Shown here: positions 13,001-24,777 of the stretch, piece by piece
Numbering within the stretch: the first letter of the stretch is position 1
Layout of the letters: every line of letters starts with the position of its first letter
From: Mytilus edulis
Taxonomy: Eukaryota
Reading direction: 5' to 3'
Length of the DNA: 64,000 nucleotides
Assembly: GCF_963676685.1 (NCBI RefSeq)
Contig: NC_092349.1
Coordinates: 33,604,001 to 33,668,000, forward strand
The notes under the pieces: model-generated
The model's input: the letters and a program-made list of their open reading frames with translations, nothing else
Database searches by the model: none
Told to the model about the DNA's origin: nothing
Made by a program: the position numbers and the translations under genes

Positions 13001-13062
13001 TAAAGATTGCATATTTTGGCGTTAATATTGAGTCACTGATAAGGTCTTTGCGTCGGAACTAA
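10052..13062 (+). CDS. Naiad EN-RT polyprotein, predicted selenoprotein (~1002 aa, 4 Sec), with two +1 frameshifts in this copy
   Basis: ATG at 10052 (MKLRNGK) is in frame with ORFs 10637 and 11753. The only in-frame stops before ~11970 are TGA at 10214, 10307, 10340 and 11615, all at Cys positions. Extra T at ~11970 and extra A at ~12940. Corrected end is ...PLNRLIKKGYNYDTVVKSLKIAYFGVNIESLIRSLRRN* (TAA 13060-13062). Confidence 0.85.
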
Positions 13063-13111
13063 ACACATTTATTCTAAAAACAGTTGTTGGCATGACACGG
13101 GTTATGTTCTT

Positions 13112-13180
13112 CTCATATATGTTATGATGGTATGATACTAAACCCCTAACGGGAAGGATTGTGCCTGATGTACATATGAT
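13112..13180 (+). promoter_or_regulatory. SECIS element (type II form) in the Naiad 3' UTR
   Basis: ATGAT (13124-28), GGTATGATACT, AAA (13140-42), CCCC taac GGG a, AGGATTGTGCC, TGAT (13166-69). Gives the AUGA/GA core, an 11-bp helix II with one mismatch, unpaired apical As and a mini-helix, flanked by a catat/atatg lower helix. Confidence 0.85.
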
Positions 13181-13590
13181 GAAATCATAATCTTTCAGTC
13201 AGATTAATTGAAGTCTGGAGCTGGCATGTCAGTTAACTGCTAGTAGTCTGTTGTTATTTATGTATTATTGTCATTTTGTTTATTTTCTTTGGTTACATCT
13301 TCTGACATCAGACTCGGACTTCTCTTGAACTGAATTTTAATGTACGTATTGTTATGCGTTTACTTTTCTACATTGGTTAGAGGTATAGGGGGAGGGTTGA
13401 GATCTCACAAACATGTTTAACCCCGCCGCATTTTTGCGCCTGTCCCAAGTCAGGAGCCTCTGGCCTTTGTTAGTCTTGTATTATTTTAATTTTAGTGTAC
13501 AATTTGGAAATTAGTATGGCGTTCATTATCACTGAACTAGTATATATTTGTTTAGGGGCCAGCTGAAGGACGCCTCCGGGTGCGGGAATT

Positions 13591-13692
13591 TCTCGCTACA
13601 TTGAAGACCTGTTGGTGACCTTCTGCTGTTGTTTTTTATTTGGTCGGGTTGTTGTCTCTTTGACACATTCCCCATTTCCATTCTCAATTTTA
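13591..13692 (+). repeat. 3' terminal pseudo-LTR segment of the Naiad element
   Basis: Direct repeat of 9595-9696; solo relatives at 21061-21335 and 43500-43666. Confidence 0.9.
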
Positions 13693-14849
13693 CTCATATA
13701 TACAGAATACATGTTCATTTATTGGAAGTACGTCACGGTGCATGACAGCACAATAATCCCTTTACAGAACCGTAAGCACAATATTTTTGTTTGATATCTG
13801 GTTCTCTTCCACAATTAACGCCTGTTTTGTGCCAGTGACCGGTATTACAATTTAACACAGTTTTAAAAGTTCATTGAGCTGCTACTTCATTTAGAATTTT
13901 GAGCAAGACTAACTGTTTATCATATTCAACAAACGTCAACATTATTTTCATCAATTTTATTATTCAACAAAACATTGTTTTTCATTACAAGCTATTCCAT
14001 AAAATAATATACAGCTAGGGAATGAATATTTGTTGCTTACCGGAAATATAAGATACATTTATTTAAATTATGTACACAATAAATAATTTCTGTGTGGTTT
14101 TCCGTGTCTATATTTAATTTACGAGTACAATATAGTAAAACAGAAAAAAGAGAAACGGTAAATATACAGGAATACATGAAGTTTCGTAAATAGTTGCAAA
14201 GGATCACACGTTACTTACATGCCACGAGTTTTCATAGCACTTGGCAATTTTTGAAACGCATATATATGTGCGATAAAGATCTAGTGCATTTGTGCAAATT
14301 AAGATTATGTTATACATCTAGCTATTTTATTTTCAACAGATTCACAAGTTTTGCATTTTTAAACCGCGCGTGCATATATATTTTAATGTTCTTATTTAAA
14401 ACCATTATATATGTACATGTCCTGTGTATTATTCATTCGTTTGTTAAATTGTGAAGCATGTGACTTTACTAAGACTATACGCATTTAATTAACTGAAGTC
14501 GATAATGTTTGAAACAAAAGACGATAGATACATCGAGGTCGTTTTGCTTGAGTGATTTACCTGTAAAAAGCCCGGGTCTCGTCCATGTTTAAAACAAATT
14601 AATGTCTGTTTGAAATAGTTTAACGGGGGCGTGGCCTTTTAGTTTGACGCATCTAACCACCATCTTGATTTCAATTGGTTGACCGCAGAGAAATCCATTT
14701 GACTGGCGTTAAAATGAATTGAAATGAATTGAAATGGATAAAATATAATATCTAATTTTTGTCAATCTCTATCAAATGACGATTAATCTCATTTAAATAG
14801 CGTTAACACGTTTTTGTCCGTTCAAGCTAAATTCGGATTACTAGTGAAT

Positions 14850-17800
14850 GCTAGGCCCAGTGTTTCTGCCGTGTTTGGGGGGAAAATCCCTGAGTCAGGC
14901 TTCATCAGTGGTCGACACAATAAGTTGTATATTGGCGTGTTATTTATGTTTTTTGTTTTATTTCGTATATTATATTGGACCATACACCGGTTGTCTTTGG
15001 ATAACATATTAGTGGATTATGGTTTTTTTTTTGTGAGCTCAGTATCATATTGTGTTGTGTTGTGAAAAGACGAGCAGACTATACCCGCTAATGCTTTGAT
15101 AGTAGTTCTTGTTAATTTGTATGTCTTCTATAAGCTATAATAGGATGATGATTAAATATATTCACACATTCAGGGTTTAATGAAATCAGCTTCCAGTGTT
15201 TTGTAGTTATATTTTTTAGTTTCTGTATAGATGGGTTGTGAATTTTGTTAACATAACTAGTGGTTGTTCCCGTTTCGTTGGGCGTTTTATAAGCAGGTTT
15301 TCCCTTTCTATATTTTGTGTTCTTACAAAATTCGTTGATTTAAGATATTTTATATCCTCGGTTGAGGAGACGTCTTTTTAAAAGCTTCAGACTGTTTTTT
15401 AAGTTCAGTTCTGCTACTGGTGTTTCTGATGTATCTCAATACTTCACCCTTGATAAATCCGTTGAAAACACTTTTCGGGTGTGAGCTGTATCTGTTTAGA
15501 TATTGAGAGGTTTCAGTTGGTTTAGAATATTGTTTCATTACGGGAAAATTCGTAGGTGAACTTCAAGTGCGGGTGTGCAGTATTAGCTATTGTAAGTAGT
15601 TCGTGTATTTCCTCTATAGGTCCGGAATATATAATCCAGCAGTCATCCCTAAATCTGGAAGTCATTATCATTTTGTTTCTGTGCTGAAAGCGTTGTAAAA
15701 CGTTTTCAAGAATGACAAACATTCTAAGGTCGGCCAATTCAGCAGCTGCCGATCCGCCCATAGGCACGCCAAAAGTTTCACGGTAAAGTTTATTGTTAAA
15801 AAAAAATTCATTGTTCTCTAGAATAAGCCTTAATAGGCGAAGTATACTGTTCTTTGGTGGAATTTTTATTTCATACTCGCTTGGATCAATATTGGTCAGT
15901 GCCGCGTTAGTAGTTTTTAGTATTTCATTAAATGTAAAGCAAGTGTACATATTTTTTGCATCGAATGTTACTAGATAGCAGTCTCTTTGGGGTTTAATAT
16001 TTTCAATCTAATTAATAAAACTTGACGTATCTTTTTATACATGTATATTTTTTTTTAACAAGTGGAACAACAAAATAATCGATATAGTGCCCAATACTGT
16101 GTAAGGGCGTTCCACAAATTTTAAATTTCTCGTCTAGCTGTTTCATTTCTCTCCATTTCTGATAGTATATTTTGAGTAAGTTTATGTATTTTAGACAACA
16201 AAAAGAATTTTCCTACTTCAGTTGTATTTATGTTTTCTTTCAAATATTTGAATGTTATATTGTCAATATAATTATCATTATGACGGTCCACTACGTTATT
16301 AAAGACCTTATTGTTTTTCTAATAATGTTATTATTTTTCTTTAGATTCCGATTAGCCGACAATTCCTCGGCAGATATATTTCTGGTGTGTTTGTTTATTT
16401 TCATTCTACTAAGTTCTATTTTTGTTGAGAATATGTAATTTTCAATTGCTGGACAAGAATCCATCGGTTTATATCCCGAATTTATGTAAAAAGGGTGTCT
16501 CTTGTAAATTCTACCATCATTAAAGAGATATCGACATCTAAGTTTTCTTGAGAATTCGTCAAAGTCCTTCATAACGTTTCTTATGGCATTTTTGTTCGAA
16601 GGGTTAATAATGAACTTTACACCTTTTGCAAGTAATAAGGTTTCGTGATTCGTCAAATTATATCCCGATAAATTTTTCACAAATAATTCGGCATTTTTTA
16701 CTAACTTGGTACTATGTAATTTACTCCTTTATTGTTGTTGTTTTCTACAAGTTTATGTCATACTTTTTGTTTTTAATAGTTCGTTTAAAGCGTCTGGCCA
16801 TGTTGATTGTAAAGTAGTGAACTTATTTTTGTACTCGTGCTATTTTAACCTCATTTATCGTATTACATAGCAATTACCTGCAGATAATGTTAGGATCAGA
16901 TTTGTGATAAAAATAGAATGACTTACAGAAGGTTAATTAGGTGAGTAGTTATGAATGGAATATCTGACCTCCTAAGATCTTCACATAGCGTAAATAATTG
17001 TAGTTTGTGGTTTTGCGTAATATAAAAAAAATATAAATTTTACATTTTCTGCACATCCCTGAATAATAGATAATAATACAATTGATATCGTTGAATTTGT
17101 TACATTGTATAGTGTATAGATATTTGATTGTTGTAATCGTTATTGAAATGTTGTGTGTTTATCTGTCTTAACTGGTATACTCTGCATTATATTTAATGGG
17201 TGCAGGGTAGAGAGATATTATATCGTTATCGTTTCGTTTTAGGAGTAATACATAAGGTTTAATTATAATATGTACAGTGATAGTTGATATGGCCAATATT
17301 AATATAATTTTCTTCATAAATTGACTAACCAGTCGTAGTAAATTCATATAATAGAAATAAATACCAACATCTATCATAAACAAGTTTAATGTTTTAATCT
17401 GGAGGTAGACTTACATTTGTATAGTGATATATAGTCCAAAAACTAAGTAGGAACAAATAGCGTGATATATTCAAATGTACAGTTTATCTTCTTCTATTTA
17501 GTTTGCCGGCAGATTCGTGCCTGTTGCAGTAAGGGCGGTTTAGATCCCTATTAAAGTTGGTGGTGTTTCCCGATGTTCAGTTCATTCTGTTCACACTTGT
17601 TCTGTATTCTTCCGTCCAATTGTTTTTAAGTTTAAGTAGTTCATCATTAAACTCGGTGATAGCTTTGTTACCACTTTCAGAACCCGAGTTTAGTTCTTTG
17701 TATAGATCCAGTTTAAGTTTATCAGCATCGACGGTACATTTGGTAGAAAACTCCTTGCAGGATGCAGTTTATTTTTTCCATAATACACTGGTTAGATTCT

Positions 17801-18260
17801 TGACGTATAGCCTTTAATTTTCCCACGAAGAAGTCTTTCACTTCATTTGATCCATAAAATGGTCTAAAGTCAATGTTTGTATTAAAAATATGGGTGTTCT
17901 AGTTGATTCTTTTCTAATTGTATATTCTAGTGTAAGAATGTGATGTCTTTTCTCAAGGATGGTGTTAATCGCTTTGATGGTTGCTCCGACTGTTGGTGTT
18001 GCATGTTTAATTGGAGATATCAAGTCGATGTCGAAAAATTTCACTGAGTTGTCATTCGTAGTGGTATCCATACTGAGGGATTCTAGCAAAGGCATGTCCC
18101 TCTAGGTTAGATGTTCTAATTTAAAGTTCATGTCAGTTCCATGTAAAGATCCATGTTTAATTTTTCCAAATTTTCTACTGCTACTGTTGTTTCTTTGTCC
18201 GCTTGATGTTTTTCACACAAATAAATGTTGCCGTCGTATTCGGTCGTTGTTAAGATAATT
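14850..18260 (-). mobile_element. Decayed Penelope-like retroelement with an upstream ORF and an RT ORF, no GIY-YIG seen; boundaries approximate
   Basis: RT ORF relics from ATG ~16801: KNLSGYNLTNHETLLLAKGVKFI, GVPMGGSAAAELADL, SRFRDD, HPHLKFT, YSKPTETSQYLNRYSSHP...IKGEVLRY, ending PIIAYRR near 15090. A separate degraded helical ORF lies at ~17490-18250. Confidence 0.75.
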
Positions 18261-20289
18261 CCTTTTCAAGTTTTAGCAACGGGCTATTGTACGTAGTTGT
18301 ATTAGTTTTGTTGAGAGAGAGTTTGTTATTGTAGCGCCACATAATTCCAAGAAGTAATGTGAGCGAACTTGGAAATTTAAAGGTTAAAAGGTTGTACACT
18401 TACATTTTGGTGATACAGAATAACCTTATATATAAGAATAAGGAGATTATTGCTAATCATAAGATCACTTATTTTGTACCGATATTAAAAGAGAAAATTT
18501 GCTATTTTTTCAAGTTACCTCGATTGGGACTTGCTAAAGATAATGGACATTTTAACACGGTAACGGAACTTCGATGAAGATCGTTTAGTTATAATAGTTC
18601 TTATAGCAGCCGGTATTGTATGTTATTCCTGTGCATACCAAGCTAAAGAGTTTACCAACATTGTTTGGTTAGTGTTTCCCAGTTTTAAAACGGTGAATTC
18701 ATTTTGAGAAAGAGCAAACATTGTTTACCTCAATCAATGTCATTTTTCAGTGTAGCGTGATAAACATACTATATTGGTTTAGTTATCTTTTTGTACTAAT
18801 GTCTCGTGCTTATATCAATCTGCTCATATCTGTTGACCATAATCTATAAGGGCTTTGGTAATGTTATATTTGGGTTTTCTTACAATTTATAGGAGCTTAA
18901 GGATGTACACCTCTGAGGAGCCAAAAATTTCTAGAATTAAACTTTTTTTCTTAACCTGATTTTTGGGTTTATAAGACTGTAACAAAATAATTGGTGAAGA
19001 AAAAATCATATGGTGGTGCACTTCTTTTTTTGCTACGGCCCTTAGAAAATGCCCAATTTTTATGATTTTCCCATTTTTCATCGACTTTTACCTATTTTTG
19101 GACTATTATCGTGAAAAAAATCACAGTTCCACAATTAAACTTTTTTTCATACTTTCTATAAAGATGAAATGGACCAATCTGAATACATTTTAATTTAAAA
19201 AAAAAAAAACTAAAGGTAGGTGTTATTATAAGAAAGTTTTATCATATTTTTATGCTTTTTTGTGTAAAATTTACCTTGCTGTCAAATTAGTATTTTTGTG
19301 ATTTTTCTCAGTTTTCGGAACAAAATTCATATTATTTCAACTTTTTTGTTATAAATGATTGAAAAAATACATATCTAAGAAATTTGAAAAGACCAAAATG
19401 ATATGGGATGTACATGATTCTTCTAAAATATTTTTTTGTATCCCTCACCCATTTTCACAAAATTTTGGCTAAAAAATACAGACTTTATTGGTCGTAAAAT
19501 TTGAAAACTGGATTACTCAAAAACCATTCATTGTAAATTCACATTTTTTTCACAGAGTTATGTTTGATTATAATATTTTTAAAATTCATTGATATTTTGT
19601 ACTTGTATAACATGTTTTGGAAATAATTCAAGAACGAGATTTCAACGAGACTGAACGAGACTGGAAAGTCAGATGAATACATCATTAATAACGGCTCATA
19701 TTAAACTTTTTTTACTTTTTGATTTCATGTCGCGTTAATGTCAAGATTCTGACAGCTATCTTTATCCGACCTTTGTTCATCAGAAGGGTGTTTTTCAATA
19801 TCTTTTATTTTATCTCTAACCTCGAAATAAAATCTGCCGCAATTTTTATAATATATGAAATGAGTATGGTTGTGTTACTGCCTATGAATGTTATATTGTC
19901 CCCTTAATGCTTTAAGCAAACAATTAACCATTCGTGGTAGTTGCAAATTTTTTCTAAGTACAAATATATACGTTGTTCAAGGCGAGTTTACGTTTGTCCG
20001 ATGGAATTATATAAAAAATATTGATTCCTAGACCACATATGTTGGTTTTAGAATAGAGATATAAGAAAAAAGTCAACTATATATATTGACTAGGGACAAT
20101 GGACATTCGTAGCGATTTATTTGTGCTATATGTGCTAAACAGGCAAAACATTTCAGCACAATCGTCGTTTTAACTAAATGCAATTTGTTTACATTCGGTT
20201 AATCAAACACAATCTGGTTTATCACTATTTCAGTACTTCGGAGTGAACGAGCCTGCATATGGAATATATACCTCCTAGATGACACAATA

Positions 20290-20530
20290 TTCCAAAACAG
20301 GTGTTTACAACACTATTGCAGAGGGTTGCTGTGTATTTAGAAGATATCAAACTAAGGGTTTCAAGTAACAAAGTTCAAGTCATCATTTCAAAATGTTTAC
20401 GGACGCCATCACGTATTGTTTGACCATTATTGGATATTTGTGTCACAGATAAACATAAACATGTCCCAATTGTCGTAACCACCATTGCCTCCCTTACCCC
20501 GAATGTGACATCACCAAATTAGTTCTAACC
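20290..20530 (+). repeat. Naiad-like ORF-end/3' UTR fragment
   Basis: tttacggacgccatcacg...gaatgtgac segment is shared with 45520-45640, which directly follows RT-coding relics. Confidence 0.5.
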
Positions 20531-21060
20531 TGATAAAACTACTAAAACAAAATTGTCCACTCAGAATTAAATATATGCAAAGAATGATAATCAAGGTATG
20601 AAGACTCAAAGTATTCTGTTTTCTGAAATATATCTTTAGACAAATGTTTACGCCAACGCGCAGCCGGATTGTATTGCGTACACTTAGATTTTTAATTAAT
20701 TTAAAGCGAGACAAAGGGTTAATACCTGGGCTTTCAGAAGAAAATATTCATTGAATTATACAGTGTTCAAATTATGTTGTAAAATATGTTAATTTAATAT
20801 ATAGAAGATATTACTCATTCGAGTACTAGTAATCCATGGAATTTCATACAAAATTAAAAAAAAATCAATTTAGTATCAGGAATAAAGGAATATTAAACAA
20901 AACATGTACTAGTAATATCAATTTTAATAAATCAAAAGTTGTAATTGTATAATGGTATGGAGCCATATATAAATTGATATTGTATTGTAAAACTATACTT
21001 ATCATTCTATTTTGGTAGAGTTCTCGGTAGATGATATTTCCTAGAACTATTGTAATTTTT

Positions 21061-21335
21061 TTGCGCCTGTCCCAAGTCAGGAGCCTCTGGCCTTTGTTAG
21101 TCTTGTATTATTTTTAATTTTAGTTTCTTGTGTACAATTTGGAGTTTAGTATGGCGTTCATTATCACTGAACTAGTATATATAATTGTTTAGGGGCCAGT
21201 TGAAGGACGCCTCCGGCGTGCTGAAATTTCTCGCTGCATTGGAGACCTGTTGGTGAGTGACCTTCTGCTGTTGTCTTCTCTATGGTCGGGTTGTTGTCTC
21301 TTTGACACATACCTCATTTCCGTTATCAATTTTAA
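21061..21335 (+). repeat. Solo 3' end (pseudo-LTR) of the same Naiad family as 9595-13692
   Basis: Aligns by eye to 13434-13692 (gcgcctgtcccaagtcaggagcctctggcc...ggggccag.tgaaggacgcctccgg...gttgttgtctctttgacaca). Confidence 0.88.
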
Positions 21336-21654
21336 TTCCGAGAATAAAGTTTATACTTTGAATTCGTGCGAATTGAAAATCTTGTCTGTAATTAAGTCTG
21401 CTATTTCGAGAAATATATCACATTTAAATCGGACTTTGCGTAAATTTTAACTTTTGCGTATATTTTAAAGAAAGATGTGGGACGTCATGCACTACTAGGA
21501 CACAAAGCAATATGTCAAGATGACACGCATTTAAATTGAATTAAGTTTTGAAATCTTATCCTCCACAATAAAGATATGATAATTTTAACATCTTTTCATG
21601 TAACCTGTAAGTACTTACGAAAATTTTGTATGATTTTTTCAACCTGTTTTTGAT

Positions 21655-21740
21655 TCACTCATCACTGATGAGTTTTTTGTAAACGAAACGCGCCTCTTGC
21701 GCAGATAAAAAAATTAATCCTAGTATCAATGATGAGTTTA
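21655..21740 (+). repeat. Decayed hammerhead-bearing repeat copy
   Basis: CTGATGA-gttt tttgt aaac-GAAAC-gcgc-CTC; cleavage triplet and stem I are mutated relative to 55911-55954. Confidence 0.7.
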
Positions 21741-23869
21741 TACAAATACACAATTCATTTTGACATAAAAATGACGCATATCATCGAATTCCTTCATATA
21801 AAGCAAAGCTATCAATATGTAACGACAACACTTGGTTGGATCTCTTACACTCAAATTAGATCCACGTTTAAAAAAACACACTTGTAACGATTGTCTGAGG
21901 ATTTGGGATTTGACCTTTTTTTGAAAAATTTCTGTCCTTGTCCAACAGATTTACACGAGATTTCACGTTAAGCGCCAATCTTCCCGGTGAACCTATCTTT
22001 TTGTTTTAGGTGGTTTTGCGATTTTCAAAAATCAGATATGTGTTAAAATAAAATATGTTAAAACTATTCCGAGAAAAAATGACAAACCAGAGCTTAAGTT
22101 TCAAAAGTCGAAACTTATTTTAAAAGAGAGATGTATGCTACTTTAGCTTCATACACTGGTGGTAAGCGAAAGGTCCGAAAATGAGCGACAACTCTAGGGA
22201 TAAGTATTTCTTTTCCGATTTTCGTGCAGTAAAAGGTTTATTTGAGCCAAACCGCTTGTCTCATACATACTAATCGTCATGCGTTGATATTGGAACAACA
22301 TTTGATGCATCAAAACATTCCAATTTTGGTAAAATAGTCATTAAAAAATGAAAGCATGATGGTCGTAACTATATAAACAAAAATGTTGAGGATGGTCGTA
22401 ACTTAAATTTGTGATGGTCGTTACTCTTTATTAAATAAGACCGAATAAGGCAAGCCAAGAGTTTTAAACGTGTCTTTTATTATATGAATATATAATATGA
22501 TATATTTGTGAAGTTTTTTTTTTACTTTTACATACAACGTAAAATATAGCAATTTCAATCTGTGTAACACTTATCAATTCAAAATTTTAAAACAGTTTTC
22601 AAATAGTATTTTTTGGGGAATTTTGATTAAAGTTTGATTAATAAAATTTTTATTTTTTTAAAATGTTTTGAATTGAATAAGGCAAGTCAAGAGTTTTAAA
22701 CGTGTCTTTTGTCGTCTGAATAAACTATATTATATATTTGTGAAGTTGTTTTCATCCAATAATAAAACCTAAAAGGGTGAAGTGTGTGTGTGGGGGGTGG
22801 GTACCTTTAAAGTGCGAAACGGAAGAAAATTGGAACGAATCGAACAAAACAATACAAAATGAAATGAACAGTCATTGCTACTTAAAGTATAATGTATAAA
22901 ATTAACCAAGAGGCAAATAGTTGTGTTTTTTTTTTGACAAATTGGACATCACATGAAATAACAGTATCCTGTTTTTTTCTTCGTTAGATTTTGCATCTAT
23001 TGAAAAGATAAACTTTTCAAAAACAATTTGAGGATGTATATTTCATTGCATATAAGAAATTAACCATCACTGGAAGTTAACCAATCACATTTTCACATTT
23101 TTTTATTATCTGTGTACAATTTTAGTAACCATGCAACCTCAAGTGTCAAAAATATTCTATAGAAACCACCAATAAAAAATAATGGTGCTTAAATAAATAT
23201 ACCAAAGATATATGTTTATGACCAAGAAATGTATCACTGCAATGCAATGTAGGATTACTTACATGCAAGTGTCAAATTCAATCTATTTTTGTATGCGACC
23301 GGATGTGACGTACTATGATTTGTTGGTATTAGATCTAAAGACATTTAAAGACAATTGCTTGGACACTTAAAGTGGCATATGTGGGTAAACTTACAAGACC
23401 AAGTGTATCAAGATGTAGTTTAAACAACCCATATCTTCACGTCCAAAAAGAAGCCGAAAGCAGGGATACTTGTCCCAGGTACGACTGGCACGCGTCTTAA
23501 AATTTCAAAGGACGTGTTTCCTTCTAAGCGTGCATTTCATCTGCGTTAAACATACGACAATATACGTTACTTCAACGCTCCATAAACGCTTATGTGCTTT
23601 TCTCGTACACCCTAAACACGTTGTGCACACGATATAGATATGACTGACAAGTGTACTAGCGTATTGGAGGCGTACAAGGTTTATGGACACGCCCGGCGTA
23701 CGTCGGTGCTTAACGCTGATGTGTGATGCCGGAATCAATCGGACGTACAAAGTCGATAAAACCATTTTTGATGTTCTCGAAACAACCAACAACAAGTTTG
23801 CTTTGCTGTGTAATATTTTCTGATCAATTCATGTCACAAGAATCAGATATTTTTTTTATTTCAAGGATA

Positions 23870-24135
23870 ACAAATTCAAATTCAAATATGTATTGTCATA
23901 TAAACTCTGAACAATAAGTTTGTGACAAATAATATAAACATACACAAAATACATTTAACAAACAAAACCATGAAAACAAAAAAAGCAAAAAAGCAATACA
24001 ATCTATCTATATGATATATAATTAAATTTTATAAATAAATCAAGAGTCCCCTATCCTCAGTTCTAATGCATGTTCAAAATATGACCCTAAGCTTTCTACT
24101 TCTTTTGAGGTTGATGGACAAAGAAGATATAACAG
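23870..24135 (-). mobile_element. Probable 3' tail of an L2/CR1-group LINE
   Basis: Minus strand LYLLCPSTSKEVESLGSYFEHALELRIGDS*, then a T-rich UTR and a (tttgaa)n tail. Confidence 0.4.
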
Positions 24136-24777
24136 TTACACTGACCAATATTTCGCGGCAATTTCGAAAACAATTTCCAGAGGTCAATCCATGTTATCAG
24201 AAGTATCCAAATTCTTATTTGTAACTAGTTATCAATGGTGAATTTTTATAGACAAAGATAAAAACATAGTTTAAATTGTGTAGTTTTTTTTATGTTTACG
24301 TGATGATCAAATTTAGCCTTCGACCTAAAATAACAAATAGTTTAAATTCAAATAAAAAAATACAATCAATATTTTGAGAACTGTTTTATTCTAGTTTTAA
24401 ACCAGGTGAATGTAACAATGTTAACTGCAATGACTTTATTTTCACACCGATCATATAATCTACATGTAGAATGCATTTGATTATAAAATTTTACTTTACA
24501 AATAGTGTATGAATAAACACAATAATAACAATAATCGAGTTGGCCACATAGGCTTGGATTTTCATTGTATATATTTTATTTTATCTGTGGTTCAGAATTT
24601 GTCCCTTTTAAACAAAATTTGTTAATTAAATCCGTTCTGATTTTTTTTTGTACAAAAATTGATTTTTCGAAATTCTAAAAAGCAATACCAACTTGCAGAT
24701 CGGGTGATCGATTTCTTGTAGAGATGGGTAACGGCATTTACTACATAAATTAACCAATAGTCTTTCCTTATCCCGTG

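Larger units (their letters stand above)
9595..13692 (+). mobile_element. Near-complete Naiad-clade Penelope-like retrotransposon (N-terminal GIY-YIG, CxC linker, C-terminal RT) with pseudo-LTR direct repeat
   Basis: 102-bp direct repeat at 9595-9696 and 13591-13692. One long frame with permuted domain order: GIY-YIG (IIYLL...QYVGETG...R...EH...ELNWIKKLQTVYPLGLN), CNC at 11204-11212, RT (PADK, YWLPKLHK, FDFSTLYT, GIPMG, RYLDD, YDKRDDF). Confidence 0.93.

Noticed and set aside
13555-13628. Resemblance of GGGGCC-AGC.GAA...TTCTGCTG to an HDV/CPEB3-type ribozyme, or CTGAAGGA...GGAA to a hammerhead
   Set aside because: No 3' strand for P1 and no valid hammerhead core could be built; kept only as an unclassified structured motif.
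18897-19700. ttaa-ggatgtacacctc start suggesting a TTAA-type DNA transposon end
   Set aside because: I could not find the matching inverted end, so boundaries are unsupported.
22340-22750. Short local repeats (atggtcgtaact x3; ~70-bp duplication at 22443 and 22675) as a possible CRISPR-like array
   Set aside because: Eukaryotic context, irregular spacing and no cas genes; ordinary local duplications, as also at 61235/61421.
23505-23795. 96-aa minus ORF in a CpG-richer patch
   Set aside because: No domain motif or splice support; probably a non-coding repeat fragment.
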